From NCBI RefSeq assembly GCF_022846255.1, contig NZ_AP025682.1: a stretch of DNA of 64,000 nt, one strand, 5' to 3'. Under the pieces are notes generated by a model. The model did no database searches and was not told where the DNA came from. It saw only the letters and a list, made by a program, of their open reading frames with translations. The position numbers and the translations under genes are program-made. This document shows positions 1 to 10,750 of this stretch, one piece after another (the stretch's first letter is position 1; each line of letters opens with the position of its first letter). The DNA is from Escherichia coli. GTDB taxonomy: Bacteria; Pseudomonadota; Gammaproteobacteria; Enterobacterales; Enterobacteriaceae.

Positions 1-554
1 TGTATCTTCTCTGCAATATCTTTCTGGCAACCCATCGCATCAGTTGTGATGATTTTTCCTTTAATATCCAGCATGTTAAGAAGTTCAGGGATAGCTGTAA
101 TTTCATTGGATTTCTCATCCGTCCTGATCTGTCCGATGACCAGACTGTGCATTGTTGAGAACGCACTAATGACATGAATCGCTCCCCTGCGGCGACTCTT
201 GTCATAAGAATGTCGGAGCGTTTTTCCATCAATTGCAATAACGTCTTTATCATCTGAAGAATGGCAGTCACGCATCCAGTTAATAAAGCACTCGTGAAAT
301 TTTGCAGGACTGATACAGGATACAACTCTGGCAATGGTATCGTGAACAGGAATACCATTTTCAAAATCACCATATTGCTTCAAAAAATCGAGATGTGTTT
401 CCCCAAAACCCTCTATATCTTCCCAGCCTTCTGCACCAGAAATAACGGCACAAATAGTCAACAGTAGAATATCCGATAATTTATGTTCCACTTTCCAGGC
501 TTGTCTGTAATCGGGGATAATAGAAATATGTTCCATCAATTTTTTAAGTACCAT
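1..554 (-). CDS. ISAs1-family (H-repeat-associated) transposase, N-terminal part; CDS runs off the window start
   Basis: Reverse-strand translation from the ATG at 554-552 gives [32 protein letters not shown]..., matching H-rpt/ISAs1 transposases; AAGGAG RBS just upstream. Confidence 0.85.
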   Translation of the reverse strand, partial: MVLKKLMEHISIIPDYRQAWKVEHKLSDILLLTICAVISGAEGWEDIEGFGETHLDFLKQYGDFENGIPVHDTIARVVSCISPAKFHECFINWMRDCHSSDDKDVIAIDGKTLRHSYDKSRRRGAIHVISAFSTMHSLVIGQIRTDEKSNEITAIPELLNMLDIKGKIITTDAMGCQKDIAEKI

Positions 555-661
555 TTTGTTCTCCTTAATTATGTAAGGAGTATTTGATCATGTATAAGCA
601 ATAAAAAACAGCTTCAGGTAATAAGGAATATCTCAATTTTTAAACATAAAATGCGAATTAT

Positions 662-871
662 TTAGTACAAAAAAGCAGCGTTACGTGATCTTTCCCTGGT
701 TATCGCTGTTCTTTCCCCTTGACCAGGCAAATATTTTTCATTATGGATCCATACCTTGCTATAATCAATTGTATTCTCAAAAATCGATCTGGCCAATGTT
801 AATTCACCAGATGTCATTCTCCTTAATGACATATCCTTTCCCCTGGAAATAATATCTTTCAGATAAAACAC
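662..871 (-). CDS. small hypothetical protein (69 aa), possibly YncH-like
   Basis: ORF track; sits between the H-rpt transposase and ansP where yncH lies in K-12; no recognisable domain. Confidence 0.4.
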   Translation of the reverse strand: MFYLKDIISRGKDMSLRRMTSGELTLARSIFENTIDYSKVWIHNEKYLPGQGERTAITRERSRNAAFLY

Positions 872-1769
872 AAACGCTCTTTGATGTTCAACATTCCCAC
901 TTTATACAGTATTGATGGCATCATCTTCATAGAAAATGAAATCAAAGCAAGTTATCAACGTTTCCCATTACGATTTCTTAACATTAATTCTCAGCATTTT
1001 TATTAATCTATTTTCAATATCAATAACCGATGCAAATGATTACGCAGTTAACATAATCCTTATCAATTGATTAATATCTGTAAACGCTACCGCCCCACCC
1101 TGATATCTTAATCTGCACATAGCAATCTTAACGTTATGCCCCATACATTAGTAATGTAAATTAAGAATTCGGAATATATCAAATTCACTTCATAAATTAA
1201 TATCGGGAATGATATACACATTAATTATATTGAAGTAATGGTTTAAGAGTTGTAATGACCATGGAACAGGACTAATTCCAGAAACTCCTGTTGGGCAATA
1301 GCGCGTTTATCATCCTACATGCCTCTTACATTTTTTAGCCTTTTCTTTAACGTCAGCAATTGGCTCATTTAATCAGCAATGGTATTGGTATTTGGCGTAT
1401 TACCCCTGAAACCCGTCATGTGCTAGCACCTCACTATTCAATGAGCCAACCACGCCAGTGTCCACTGCAACCACTGGCGTTCAGAGCGACGAACGAGTGG
1501 CGCAAGAGTAGGACTGCCGTCGGGCATCATCAAACCAATAGTTGTTGTTTCCGTCAAAATTTCATCAGGTTGCTATTTGGTTGCCGGCCGCCTTTATCCC
1601 CACATATTTATAGCGGGATTATTTTGCATCGTTACACGATAAAAGGTAGGATTCTGCGCCGACAGTTATACCCATAAAGAATAATGGTGAATCTTGTCAT
1701 CGCCAGGATGAATAAACATTGTTCATGGCAACTTATATGACTTTTTCATTAAAGCAATCAGGGAGAGCA

Positions 1770-3269
1770 ATGAGTAAACACGACACCGACACTTCAGATC
1801 AACACGCCGCGAAACGCCGCTGGCTTAATGCCCACGAAGAGGGGTATCACAAAGCGATGGGCAATCGCCAGGTACAGATGATCGCCATTGGCGGCGCGAT
1901 TGGCACCGGCTTGTTTTTAGGTGCAGGAGCCCGACTGCAAATGGCGGGGCCAGCACTGGCACTGGTCTATTTAATCTGCGGCCTGTTTTCATTTTTTATT
2001 CTGCGTGCATTGGGTGAGCTGGTGCTACACCGCCCTTCCAGTGGCAGTTTTGTCTCTTATGCCCGTGAGTTTTTAGGAGAGAAAGCCGCTTACGTTGCAG
2101 GCTGGATGTACTTCATCAACTGGGCGATGACGGGGATTGTCGATATTACCGCCGTCGCTCTGTATATGCATTACTGGGGTGCGTTTGGCGGCGTGCCGCA
2201 GTGGGTCTTTGCGCTCGCTGCGCTGACCATCGTTGGTACCATGAATATGATTGGTGTGAAATGGTTTGCGGAGATGGAGTTCTGGTTTGCGCTTATTAAA
2301 GTGCTCGCCATCGTGACCTTTTTGGTCGTGGGTACAGTGTTCCTCGGTAGCGGTCAGCCGCTGGATGGCAACGCCACTGGCTTTCATTTAATTACCGATA
2401 ACGGCGGCTTTTTCCCCCACGGTTTGCTGCCTGCGCTGGTGTTGATTCAGGGCGTAGTGTTTGCTTTTGCCTCCATTGAAATGGTGGGTACAGCGGCCGG
2501 AGAATGTAAAGATCCGCAGACCATGGTGCCTAAAGCGATTAACAGTGTGATTTGGCGTATTGGTCTGTTTTACGTCGGCTCCGTGGTGTTGCTGGTTATG
2601 TTATTGCCGTGGAGCGCGTATCAGGCGGGGCAAAGTCCGTTCGTGACGTTTTTCTCTAAACTGGGTGTGCCATATATCGGCAGCATTATGAACATTGTGG
2701 TGCTGACCGCTGCCCTCTCCAGCCTGAATTCAGGTCTGTACTGCACCGGGCGTATTCTGCGCTCGATGGCGATGGGCGGTTCCGCACCGAGTTTTATGGC
2801 GAAAATGAGTCGTCAGCATGTGCCGTATGCCGGGATTCTGGCGACACTGGTTGTGTATGTCGTCGGCGTATTCCTCAACTATCTGGTGCCGTCGCGCGTA
2901 TTTGAGATTGTGTTGAACTTCGCGTCGCTGGGAATCATCGCTTCATGGGCGTTTATCATCGTGTGCCAGATGCGCCTGCGTAAAGCGATTAAAGAAGGCA
3001 AAGCAGCGGATGTCAGTTTTAAACTGCCTGGCGCGCCCTTCACTTCCTGGCTGACATTACTGTTTTTACTGAGTGTCCTTGTGCTGATGGCGTTCGATTA
3101 CCCGAACGGGACTTATACTATCGCGGCGCTGCCGTTTATCGGTATTCTGCTGGTTATAGGCTGGTTTGGTGTGCGCAAACGCGTTGCTGAAATTCACAGC
3201 ACTGCGCCAGTCGTCGAGGAAGATGAAGAACAACAGGAAATTGTGTTTAAGCCTGAAACGGCGAGTTAA
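1770..3269 (+). CDS. ansP: L-asparagine permease (amino acid permease family), 499 aa
   Basis: ORF track 1719..3269; start placed at MSKHDTDTSDQ (ATG 1770) preceded by GGGAGAG RBS; characteristic APC-family transmembrane sequence. Confidence 0.93.
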   Translation: MSKHDTDTSDQHAAKRRWLNAHEEGYHKAMGNRQVQMIAIGGAIGTGLFLGAGARLQMAGPALALVYLICGLFSFFILRALGELVLHRPSSGSFVSYAREFLGEKAAYVAGWMYFINWAMTGIVDITAVALYMHYWGAFGGVPQWVFALAALTIVGTMNMIGVKWFAEMEFWFALIKVLAIVTFLVVGTVFLGSGQPLDGNATGFHLITDNGGFFPHGLLPALVLIQGVVFAFASIEMVGTAAGECKDPQTMVPKAINSVIWRIGLFYVGSVVLLVMLLPWSAYQAGQSPFVTFFSKLGVPYIGSIMNIVVLTAALSSLNSGLYCTGRILRSMAMGGSAPSFMAKMSRQHVPYAGILATLVVYVVGVFLNYLVPSRVFEIVLNFASLGIIASWAFIIVCQMRLRKAIKEGKAADVSFKLPGAPFTSWLTLLFLLSVLVLMAFDYPNGTYTIAALPFIGILLVIGWFGVRKRVAEIHSTAPVVEEDEEQQEIVFKPETAS

Positions 3270-3321
3270 TTGCAAAACTGCCCGGCTACGTGCCGGGCAA
3301 ATTCAGACTACTGACGAAGGT

Positions 3322-3345
3322 GCCGGATGCGGCGTGATAAAAGTC
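3322..3345. repeat. REP (repetitive extragenic palindrome) element
   Basis: GCCGGATGCGGCGTGA motif in the ansP/yncE convergent intergenic region. Confidence 0.6.
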
Positions 3346-3381
3346 AGGCAAGTCTCTCCATTTTCACCCTCGCCATATCTA

Positions 3382-4443
3382 TTACAGCGCAATACGAATC
3401 ACATCGTCCGGCTGGGTAGCTTCCTGCTGTTTAGTGGATTTTTGTTTCACACTGACATACAGCGTTTTGCCATCGGCAGACAGCGCCAGGCTGTTCGGAT
3501 GAGTCGGCGTATCGAACGTTTTCACCACTTTATAGCTTTTCGCGTCAATCACACTGACTTTACCTGCCTGACGATGCGTCACGTAGGCTTCATTACGCGC
3601 GGGGTTAAACAGCACAGCCAGTGATTCCGGTGCCGCAACCTTCGCCAGAATATTGCCATTACGGGTATCGACCACTAACACTTCTGCCGCTTTAGAATCG
3701 GTGATAAATGCACGCTGCCTGGCGGTATCAAGGCTAATGTTGATAAAGAAGTGCTCTTTGCCGTCATCCAGCAGCTTTTTACGGCTGAGGATTTTATTGT
3801 CGGCGGTGTCGATGGTAATCAATTCGCCGTCAGCGTTAGTGGTGTAAAGACGTTTGCCTTTGCTATCCAGCGCCAAACCGGTACTCATTTTACCGGTGTT
3901 CTGGATGGCGGTTTTCAGTTTGATATTCTCGCCATCAACGACCCAAATCACGCTCTCTTTACCAATACCACTGATGTAAACGGTGTTCGTGGCATCATCA
4001 GTTACCAGCTCACGCGGCTGCAACGGACGCACTTCTTCGGTACGTTTACGCTCATCAAGCACCAGACGTCCTTTCACTTCGCCCGTTTTGGCATCTATCG
4101 CCGTGACCGCACTATTTACGGTGTTACCAAACCACAACGTCTGAGTCGTGTTATTGATGGTGGCACCAAACGACTTGAGATCGTTATGGATCGCCTGCGT
4201 CACTTCCAGAGTAACCGGATCAAGACGATAAACCACACCGCCTTTATCCAGTTTGCGGCTTTGCGAAGTGGCGAGCCACAGCGCGTTTTCTTGCTGGCTA
4301 TAAGCCATTTCGTAGGCACCTTTACCTACCGCTTTACGCAGCATTTCTTCTGCGGCCTGCGTACTGAATGATGAAGCAACGAGCAATGAACCTAACAGTA
4401 ATGAACCACGCAGGCGCGATGAAAACAGATGACGTAAATGCAT
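3382..4443 (-). CDS. yncE: YncE beta-propeller protein (353 aa)
   Basis: ORF track; sequence matches YncE; N-terminal signal-like segment. Confidence 0.9.
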   Translation of the reverse strand: MHLRHLFSSRLRGSLLLGSLLVASSFSTQAAEEMLRKAVGKGAYEMAYSQQENALWLATSQSRKLDKGGVVYRLDPVTLEVTQAIHNDLKSFGATINNTTQTLWFGNTVNSAVTAIDAKTGEVKGRLVLDERKRTEEVRPLQPRELVTDDATNTVYISGIGKESVIWVVDGENIKLKTAIQNTGKMSTGLALDSKGKRLYTTNADGELITIDTADNKILSRKKLLDDGKEHFFINISLDTARQRAFITDSKAAEVLVVDTRNGNILAKVAAPESLAVLFNPARNEAYVTHRQAGKVSVIDAKSYKVVKTFDTPTHPNSLALSADGKTLYVSVKQKSTKQQEATQPDDVIRIAL

Positions 4444-4685
4444 GACGACTCCCTTTGATGAACCGATATTTTTGCTGCTTCACAATGCTTCGCTAAGCGT
4501 AATCATCGTTACGCCCTTGTTATAAATGGGAATGGTAATCATTATTTTCTCAAATGTGGAGCATTTCTTACCGTTACGACTACAATTTTCTCAATTACTT
4601 AACGTATTGTGCCGTTTCGTTTTCCATAATTTTACAATTTTATTACTATGACGGTGTTTTCCCCATTCTTAACCTGGCTTTTTTC

Positions 4686-6788
4686 ATGAAGATTTTTTCC
4701 GTCCGACAAACCGTTTTGCCCGCACTGCTTGTCCTTTCCCCCGTTGTTTTTGCCGCTGATGAACAGACCATGATTGTCAGTGCCGCACCGCAGGTGGTTT
4801 CAGAACTGGATACCCCAGCAGCCGTGAGCGTGGTGGATGGCGAGGAGATGCGCCTGGCAACACCGCGCATTAACTTGTCTGAATCACTGACTGGCGTGCC
4901 TGGTTTGCAGGTACAAAACCGGCAGAACTATGCGCAAGATTTACAGCTGTCGATTCGCGGATTTGGCTCCCGCTCCACTTACGGAATTCGTGGTATTCGC
5001 CTGTATGTGGACGGTATTCCCGCCACCATGCCCGACGGACAAGGGCAAACATCTAACATCGATTTAAGCAGTGTGCAAAATGTGGAAGTGCTGCGTGGCC
5101 CCTTCTCTGCTCTGTATGGCAACGCGTCTGGCGGTGTAATGAATGTCACCACCCAGACCGGACAACAGCCACCAACCATTGAAGCCAGTAGTTACTACGG
5201 CAGTTTTGGCAGCTGGCGCTATGGGCTGAAAGCTACGGGCGCAACGGGCGACGGCACACAGCCTGGCGATGTCGATTACACCGTCTCAACCACACGTTTT
5301 ACGACCCACGGCTATCGTGACCATAGTGGCGCACAGAAAAATTTAGCCAATGCCAAACTGGGCGTTCGCATTGATGACGCCAGCAAATTAAGCCTGATTT
5401 TCAATAGTGTGGATATCAAAGCAGATGACCCAGGTGGGCTAACCGAAGCAGAATGGAAGGCGAATCCACAACAAGCGCCTCGTGCAGAACAGTACGACAC
5501 GCGAAAAACCATCAAGCAAACTCAGGCTGGGTTGCGCTATGAGCGTAGCCTGAGCGCGCAAGATGATATGAGTGTGATGATGTATGCCGGAGAGCGAGAA
5601 ACGACCCAGTACCAGTCAATCCCGATGGCCCCCCAACTTAACCCGTCGCATGCGGGCGGCGTGATTACTCTGCAACGCCATTACCAGGGGATAGACAGCC
5701 GCTGGACACACCGTGGTGATCTGGGCGTTCCGGTCACGTTCACTACCGGCCTGAACTATGAAAACATGAGTGAAAACCGCAAGGGCTACAATAACTTCCG
5801 CCTGAATAGCGGCGTGCCGGAATACGGGCAAAAAGGTGAGTTGCGCCGCGACGAACGCAATCTGATGTGGAACGTCGATCCCTATTTACAGACGCAGTGG
5901 CAGCTGAGCGAAAAACTGTCGCTGGATGCTGGCGTGCGCTACAGCTCCGTGTGGTTTGATTCCAACGACCATTACGTTACTCCGGGTAACGGCGATGACA
6001 GCGGTGATGCCAGTTATCACAAATGGCTACCTGCCGGTTCGTTAAAATATGCAATGACCGATGCCTGGAATATCTATCTGGCAGCCGGGCGAGGTTTTGA
6101 AACGCCGACGATTAATGAGCTGTCTTATCGTGCTGATGGACAAAGCGGTATGAACTTTGGGTTAAAACCCTCCACCAACGATACAATTGAGATCGGCAGT
6201 AAAACGCGTATTGGTGATGGGCTGCTTAGTCTCGCATTGTTCCAGACCGACACCGATGATGAAATTGTTGTCGATAGCAGTAGCGGTGGGCGTACGACTT
6301 ACAAAAATGCCGGAAAGACCCGTCGTCAAGGCGCTGAACTGGCATGGGCTCAACGTTTCGCGGGAGATTTTCGCGTAAAAGCGTCCTGGACCTGGCTTGA
6401 TGCGACCTATCGCAGCAATGTGTGCAATGAACAGGATTGTAACGGTAACCGGATGCCAGGGATCGCCCGTAATATGGGCTTTGCGTCGATAGGTTATATA
6501 CCGGAAGATGGTTGGTATGCAGGCACGGAAGCGCGTTATATGGGCGATATTATGGCAGATGATGAAAATACGGCCAAAGCGCCTTCTTATACACTCGTCG
6601 GCTTATTCACCGGGTATAAATACAATTACCACAATTTTACCGTGGATTTATTTGGTCGTGTCGATAATTTATTCGATAAAGAATACGTTGGCTCTGTCAT
6701 TGTCAATGAGTCAAACGGGCGATATTACGAACCTGCGCCCGGACGAAATTATGGTGTCGGCATAAATATTGCGTGGCGATTTGAGTGA
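4686..6788 (+). CDS. yncD: TonB-dependent outer membrane receptor YncD (700 aa)
   Basis: ORF track 4554..6788; start placed at MKIFSVRQTVLPALLVLSPVVFA signal peptide (ATG 4686); C-terminal ...AWRFE typical of TonB-dependent receptors. Confidence 0.9.
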   Translation: MKIFSVRQTVLPALLVLSPVVFAADEQTMIVSAAPQVVSELDTPAAVSVVDGEEMRLATPRINLSESLTGVPGLQVQNRQNYAQDLQLSIRGFGSRSTYGIRGIRLYVDGIPATMPDGQGQTSNIDLSSVQNVEVLRGPFSALYGNASGGVMNVTTQTGQQPPTIEASSYYGSFGSWRYGLKATGATGDGTQPGDVDYTVSTTRFTTHGYRDHSGAQKNLANAKLGVRIDDASKLSLIFNSVDIKADDPGGLTEAEWKANPQQAPRAEQYDTRKTIKQTQAGLRYERSLSAQDDMSVMMYAGERETTQYQSIPMAPQLNPSHAGGVITLQRHYQGIDSRWTHRGDLGVPVTFTTGLNYENMSENRKGYNNFRLNSGVPEYGQKGELRRDERNLMWNVDPYLQTQWQLSEKLSLDAGVRYSSVWFDSNDHYVTPGNGDDSGDASYHKWLPAGSLKYAMTDAWNIYLAAGRGFETPTINELSYRADGQSGMNFGLKPSTNDTIEIGSKTRIGDGLLSLALFQTDTDDEIVVDSSSGGRTTYKNAGKTRRQGAELAWAQRFAGDFRVKASWTWLDATYRSNVCNEQDCNGNRMPGIARNMGFASIGYIPEDGWYAGTEARYMGDIMADDENTAKAPSYTLVGLFTGYKYNYHNFTVDLFGRVDNLFDKEYVGSVIVNESNGRYYEPAPGRNYGVGINIAWRFE

Positions 6789-6823
6789 TTATCTTGATGC
6801 CCGGTATTTGCTGGGCATTTAAT

Positions 6824-7489
6824 TTAACGATTATATTGCTGGTATAACATAGCAACATTTTGTTGCATAATTTCAGCAAGACAATGTCTGCATCCCTCTT
6901 TGTCTTTTACTTTTAACGCGGCGAGTAGTTCATGATAGCTTTCTATACGCTCACGTAATTCCGCTGGGTTAATCGCTTCATAAAGATAATGTAAACCAGG
7001 TCCCATCCTGATCCACAGTTGCTCAATCATTTCACACAGGATGGGCATATTTGAACGATGATAAATCGCTAAGCGAAATAGTCTGTTCGCATTAATGATT
7101 TGTTCCATGTCGCCCTTTTCTTGCGCCTGCTGTAATTTCTCGAGCAATTCCTCGAGTTCCGCCAGGTCTGGCGGGGTGAGGTTTTCAAGAGCCAGAGTAA
7201 CTGCCATTAATTCCAGTTCGTAGCGAATCCGATTGATTTCGTCTAATTGACGTTTCCCCACTTCCGGAACTGTAAATGCTTGCGCTGGTGCGACAGAAAG
7301 CGCATTCACCGAAACCAGACGTAATAATGCTTCACGCACGGGTGTAATACTCATACCTAATTGCTCCGCCAGATTTTTAGTAATCAGGCGTGCGCCAGGT
7401 TTTAATGCGCCAATACTAAGCTGATGTTTCAGGTCGTTCTCAACCTGCATAGTCAAACTGATATGCGGTATTTTTTCCGTTCCAGGCAT
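6824..7489 (-). CDS. mcbR: GntR/FadR-family transcriptional regulator McbR (221 aa)
   Basis: ORF track; N-terminal HTH (MSITPVREALLRL) and FadR-type C-terminal domain. Confidence 0.9.
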   Translation of the reverse strand: MPGTEKIPHISLTMQVENDLKHQLSIGALKPGARLITKNLAEQLGMSITPVREALLRLVSVNALSVAPAQAFTVPEVGKRQLDEINRIRYELELMAVTLALENLTPPDLAELEELLEKLQQAQEKGDMEQIINANRLFRLAIYHRSNMPILCEMIEQLWIRMGPGLHYLYEAINPAELRERIESYHELLAALKVKDKEGCRHCLAEIMQQNVAMLYQQYNR

Positions 7490-7687
7490 GTTATTTCCTT
7501 CACGTGTATTCGTTCTAACTCTGCCGGTATAGCAGAAGTTGTTTACCTGGCGTATGAAGCTGAATAATCATTATCCACTCATCTTTATTGTTATTAGCCG
7601 TCGAACAGTGATGTAGTTAGTTAATTAAAGCTGGAAATAAGATTTTTGCCTGGATTTTTGTGGCGGCTTTACGCCGCCGTCGTATCT

Positions 7688-8725
7688 TTAGTCATCACCC
7701 GCGACGCGAATAACAACTTTACCGAAGTTTTTGCCGTTCAGCAGGCCAATAAACGTCTGTGGGGCGTTCTCCAAACCGTTGGTAACTTGTTCACGATAGT
7801 GAATTTTTCCCTCTTTTACCCACTGCCCCATCTCTTGCTGAAACTCATGGATGCGGTGACCATAATCCTGACTAATAATAAACCCTTGCAAGCGAATGCG
7901 TTTTTTCAGCACCGTTGCCATCAACAGGGGTAAACGATCCGGACCGGGTGGTAGCTCTGTAGCGTTATAGCTGCTCACTAAGCCACAAACGGGAATGCGC
8001 GCAGATGTATTAAGTAATGGTAGCACTGCATCAAATACCTTACCGCCCACGTTTTCATAATAGATATCAATACCTTTTGGGCACGCTTTCGCCAGTTGTT
8101 CGGCAAAATCGTCCGCGTGGTGATCAAGGCAAACATCGAAGCCTAACACCTCGGTAGCATGGCGGCATTTTTCCGCGCCACCGGCTACCCCCACCACTCT
8201 GCAACCTTTAAGTTTGCCGATTTGCCCCACCGTCGCCCCTACTGGTCCTGTCGCCGCCGCAACCACCAGCGTTTCGCCCTCTTTAGGCTGACCGATATCC
8301 AGTAGGCCCATATAAGCAGTAAAGCCTGGCATCCCCAGCACACCCAGCGACCACGATGGATTTTGCGGATGATCGCCAAGTTTCACCAGTTCATCACCAC
8401 TGGATATGTCATAGTCCTGCCATCCACTGTAGCCCAGCACCCAGTCGCCAGGCTGATAATCAGGATGATTCGACTCCACGACACGGCTCACCGTGCCGCC
8501 GACCATCACGCCGCCAATATCAACAGGCGGTGAATAAGATGGCTCATCGCTCATACGTCCACGCATATACGGGTCCAGTGACAAATAAACTGTGCGCAGT
8601 AACACCTGTCCTTCACCCGGTGTGGCGACATCATCTTCTTCAAGACGGAAATTCTCCGGAACCGGTGCGCCATGCGGACGCGAGGCCAGAACCCAACGGC
8701 GGTTACGCTGCTTTTGTTGCCCCAT
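7688..8725 (-). CDS. curA: NADPH-dependent curcumin/dihydrocurcumin reductase (345 aa)
   Basis: ORF track 7688..8818; start placed at MGQQKQRNRR (ATG 8725-8723) with AGGAGAG RBS; medium-chain dehydrogenase fold. Confidence 0.9.
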   Translation of the reverse strand: MGQQKQRNRRWVLASRPHGAPVPENFRLEEDDVATPGEGQVLLRTVYLSLDPYMRGRMSDEPSYSPPVDIGGVMVGGTVSRVVESNHPDYQPGDWVLGYSGWQDYDISSGDELVKLGDHPQNPSWSLGVLGMPGFTAYMGLLDIGQPKEGETLVVAAATGPVGATVGQIGKLKGCRVVGVAGGAEKCRHATEVLGFDVCLDHHADDFAEQLAKACPKGIDIYYENVGGKVFDAVLPLLNTSARIPVCGLVSSYNATELPPGPDRLPLLMATVLKKRIRLQGFIISQDYGHRIHEFQQEMGQWVKEGKIHYREQVTNGLENAPQTFIGLLNGKNFGKVVIRVAGDD

Positions 8726-8905
8726 AATGCTCTCCTGTGCTTTTAGCATGAATCCATCAATAGTAGCAGGCTCACAGGATTGGTTTTGTTTGCAGCCGTC
8801 ACATCCCCTCTGCAACACGCAATAATTTCATAGAGGAATCCGTTGCTTCGGGCTGTTTTCGATAGTATTGATAACATCATCATCATTATTTTATCGAGGC
8901 CAGAC

Positions 8906-9424
8906 ATGTCCATCCGTTTTGCCCGCAAAGCCGACTGTGCTGCAATTGCGGAAATTTATAACCACGCCGTGTTGTATACGGCGGCTATCTGGAATGACCA
9001 AACGGTGGATGCGGATAACCGCATTGCCTGGTTTGAAGCGCGGACCATAGCAGGTTATCCGGTGCTGGTGAGTGAAGAAGATGGCGTAGTGACGGGATAT
9101 GCCTCGTTTGGCGACTGGCGTAGTTTTGATGGTTTTCGCCATACCGTGGAACATTCGGTTTATGTCCATCCCGATCATCAGGGGAAAGGTCTGGGGCGTA
9201 AATTGTTAAGCCGATTGATTGATGAAGCGCGGGATTGCGGGAAGCATGTCATGGTCGCCGGGATCGAATCGCAAAATCAGGCCTCGCTGCATCTGCACCA
9301 GTCGCTGGGATTTGTCGTCACCGCGCAAATGCCGCAGGTAGGCACTAAATTTGGGCGCTGGCTGGATCTGACATTTATGCAGTTGCAACTCGACGAGCGC
9401 ACTGAACCGGACGCGATTGGATGA
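8906..9424 (+). CDS. mnaT: GNAT N-acyltransferase MnaT (172 aa)
   Basis: ORF track 8843..9424; start at MSIRFARKADC (ATG 8906); GNAT motifs. Confidence 0.9.
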   Translation: MSIRFARKADCAAIAEIYNHAVLYTAAIWNDQTVDADNRIAWFEARTIAGYPVLVSEEDGVVTGYASFGDWRSFDGFRHTVEHSVYVHPDHQGKGLGRKLLSRLIDEARDCGKHVMVAGIESQNQASLHLHQSLGFVVTAQMPQVGTKFGRWLDLTFMQLQLDERTEPDAIG

Positions 9425-9870
9425 ATCAGTCACTTACCCTTGCCTTTTTGATTGCAGCCGGGATTGGTCTGGTAGTCCAGAACACGCTGATGGTGCGCAT
9501 CACCCAGACCTCCTCTACCATTCTCATCGCCATGTTGCTGAACTCACTGGTGGGGATTGTGCTCTTTGTTTCTATTTTATGGTTTAAACAAGGCATGGCG
9601 GGGTTTGGCGAACTGGTGTCCAGCGTGCGCTGGTGGACACTTATACCTGGCTTGCTGGGATCGTTTTTTGTCTTCGCCAGTATCAGCGGATATCAGAATG
9701 TGGGAGCGGCGACAACTATTGCAGTACTGGTCGCCAGCCAGCTGATTGGCGGTCTGGTGCTGGATATCTTCCGCAGCCATGGCGTACCACTTCGGGCGTT
9801 GATCGGCCCAATTTGTGGCGCAATTTTACTTGTGGTTGGCGCCTGGCTGGTGGCCAGACGCTCATTTTAA
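9421..9870 (+). CDS. ydcZ: DMT-superfamily inner membrane protein YdcZ (149 aa)
   Basis: ORF track; hydrophobic multi-TM sequence; start overlaps mnaT stop. Confidence 0.88.
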   Translation: MNQSLTLAFLIAAGIGLVVQNTLMVRITQTSSTILIAMLLNSLVGIVLFVSILWFKQGMAGFGELVSSVRWWTLIPGLLGSFFVFASISGYQNVGAATTIAVLVASQLIGGLVLDIFRSHGVPLRALIGPICGAILLVVGAWLVARRSF

Positions 9871-10104
9871 TCAGAGGATGGTACCGCCTTTGGTTAACTG
9901 TTCGTGGCGCGCTTCCATATCTTCTTTATGTTTGCGACCGTGATGAGCAATAGCGGTGCGCAAACGCTGCTGCTGGGTGTAGCGATCTTCCCGACTTAAC
10001 TCCGCGTCATCGCTCAGGGCGATTAATAATTCGTTCATATGGGCAATGACGCTCTCTTCAATCGCGGCATCCACGCGCGCGATGACTTCATCCAGATGCG
10101 ACAT
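9871..10104 (-). CDS. ydcY: YdcY, uncharacterised 77-aa protein
   Basis: ORF track; matches YdcY. Confidence 0.85.
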   Translation of the reverse strand: MSHLDEVIARVDAAIEESVIAHMNELLIALSDDAELSREDRYTQQQRLRTAIAHHGRKHKEDMEARHEQLTKGGTIL

Positions 10105-10189
10105 ACTTTCTCCTTAGCCACTTGTGAAATTTATCGATTCATCCAAATGATATAAGTCTGCGTGGTGCCGTCAAGCCAGTGCATAAGAT

Positions 10190-10363
10190 TTAAAACAGAG
10201 AAAACAACAGCGCCACCGGGAAACTCATCGGCCATGTTGCCCCCACCAGAAAGGCGCTTAAGAAACGGATGCGTTTCTTATCGTGAGAAAGAAACCAGGT
10301 GATAAGAAATGCGATTGCTGCCATAACCGCATAAAAAACAAGCATATGTTGATAGAGAGACAT
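10190..10363 (-). CDS. ortT: OrtT (YdcX) small membrane toxin, 57 aa
   Basis: ORF track 10190..10429; start placed at MSLYQHMLVFYAVMAAIAF... (ATG 10363-10361). Confidence 0.85.
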   Translation of the reverse strand: MSLYQHMLVFYAVMAAIAFLITWFLSHDKKRIRFLSAFLVGATWPMSFPVALLFSLF

Positions 10364-10558
10364 GTACGGGCGTCCAGCCAGATGAATAAAACGCGCGCAA
10401 ATATGCGTCATTTTTTTGACGTGCATCAAGTTTTTTCACCAGTTAGAGAAAAAATCATCAAACAGCAACTTGCCCTTCTCTATCTTCAGAATGAGTATTA
10501 TTGCGGATTTTCTTAACCCGTACTATACACATAGGGGCAATGATAAAAGGTGGCAAAA

Positions 10559-10654
10559 ATGAATGTTTCCAGTAGAACTGTAGTACTGATAAATGTCTTT
10601 GCTGCTGTTGGTTTGTTTACTCTTATCTCTATGAGATTTGGCTGGTTTATTTGA
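10559..10654 (+). CDS. yncL: YncL small membrane protein (31 aa)
   Basis: Hand translation: ATG at 10559 gives MNVSSRTVVLINVFAAVGLFTLISMRFGWFI then stop; AAGGTGG RBS upstream; below ORF-track size cut-off. Confidence 0.7.
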   Translation: MNVSSRTVVLINVFAAVGLFTLISMRFGWFI

Positions 10655-10750
10655 TGTTGTGATTTTGCACGCAGCACGTACTGTCAGAGAAATCAGTGCT
10701 CTGACAGTACGCAAGATCATCTCATACTCTTACGATCTGCAATATTATCC

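Noticed and set aside
1360-1677. 105-aa ORF upstream of ansP
   Set aside because: Composition rich in R/H/C with no protein-like pattern and no RBS; most likely non-coding leader or deletion scar.
3751-4371. 206-aa ORF antisense inside yncE
   Set aside because: Fully contained in the well-supported yncE CDS on the opposite strand; typical GC-rich antisense artefact.
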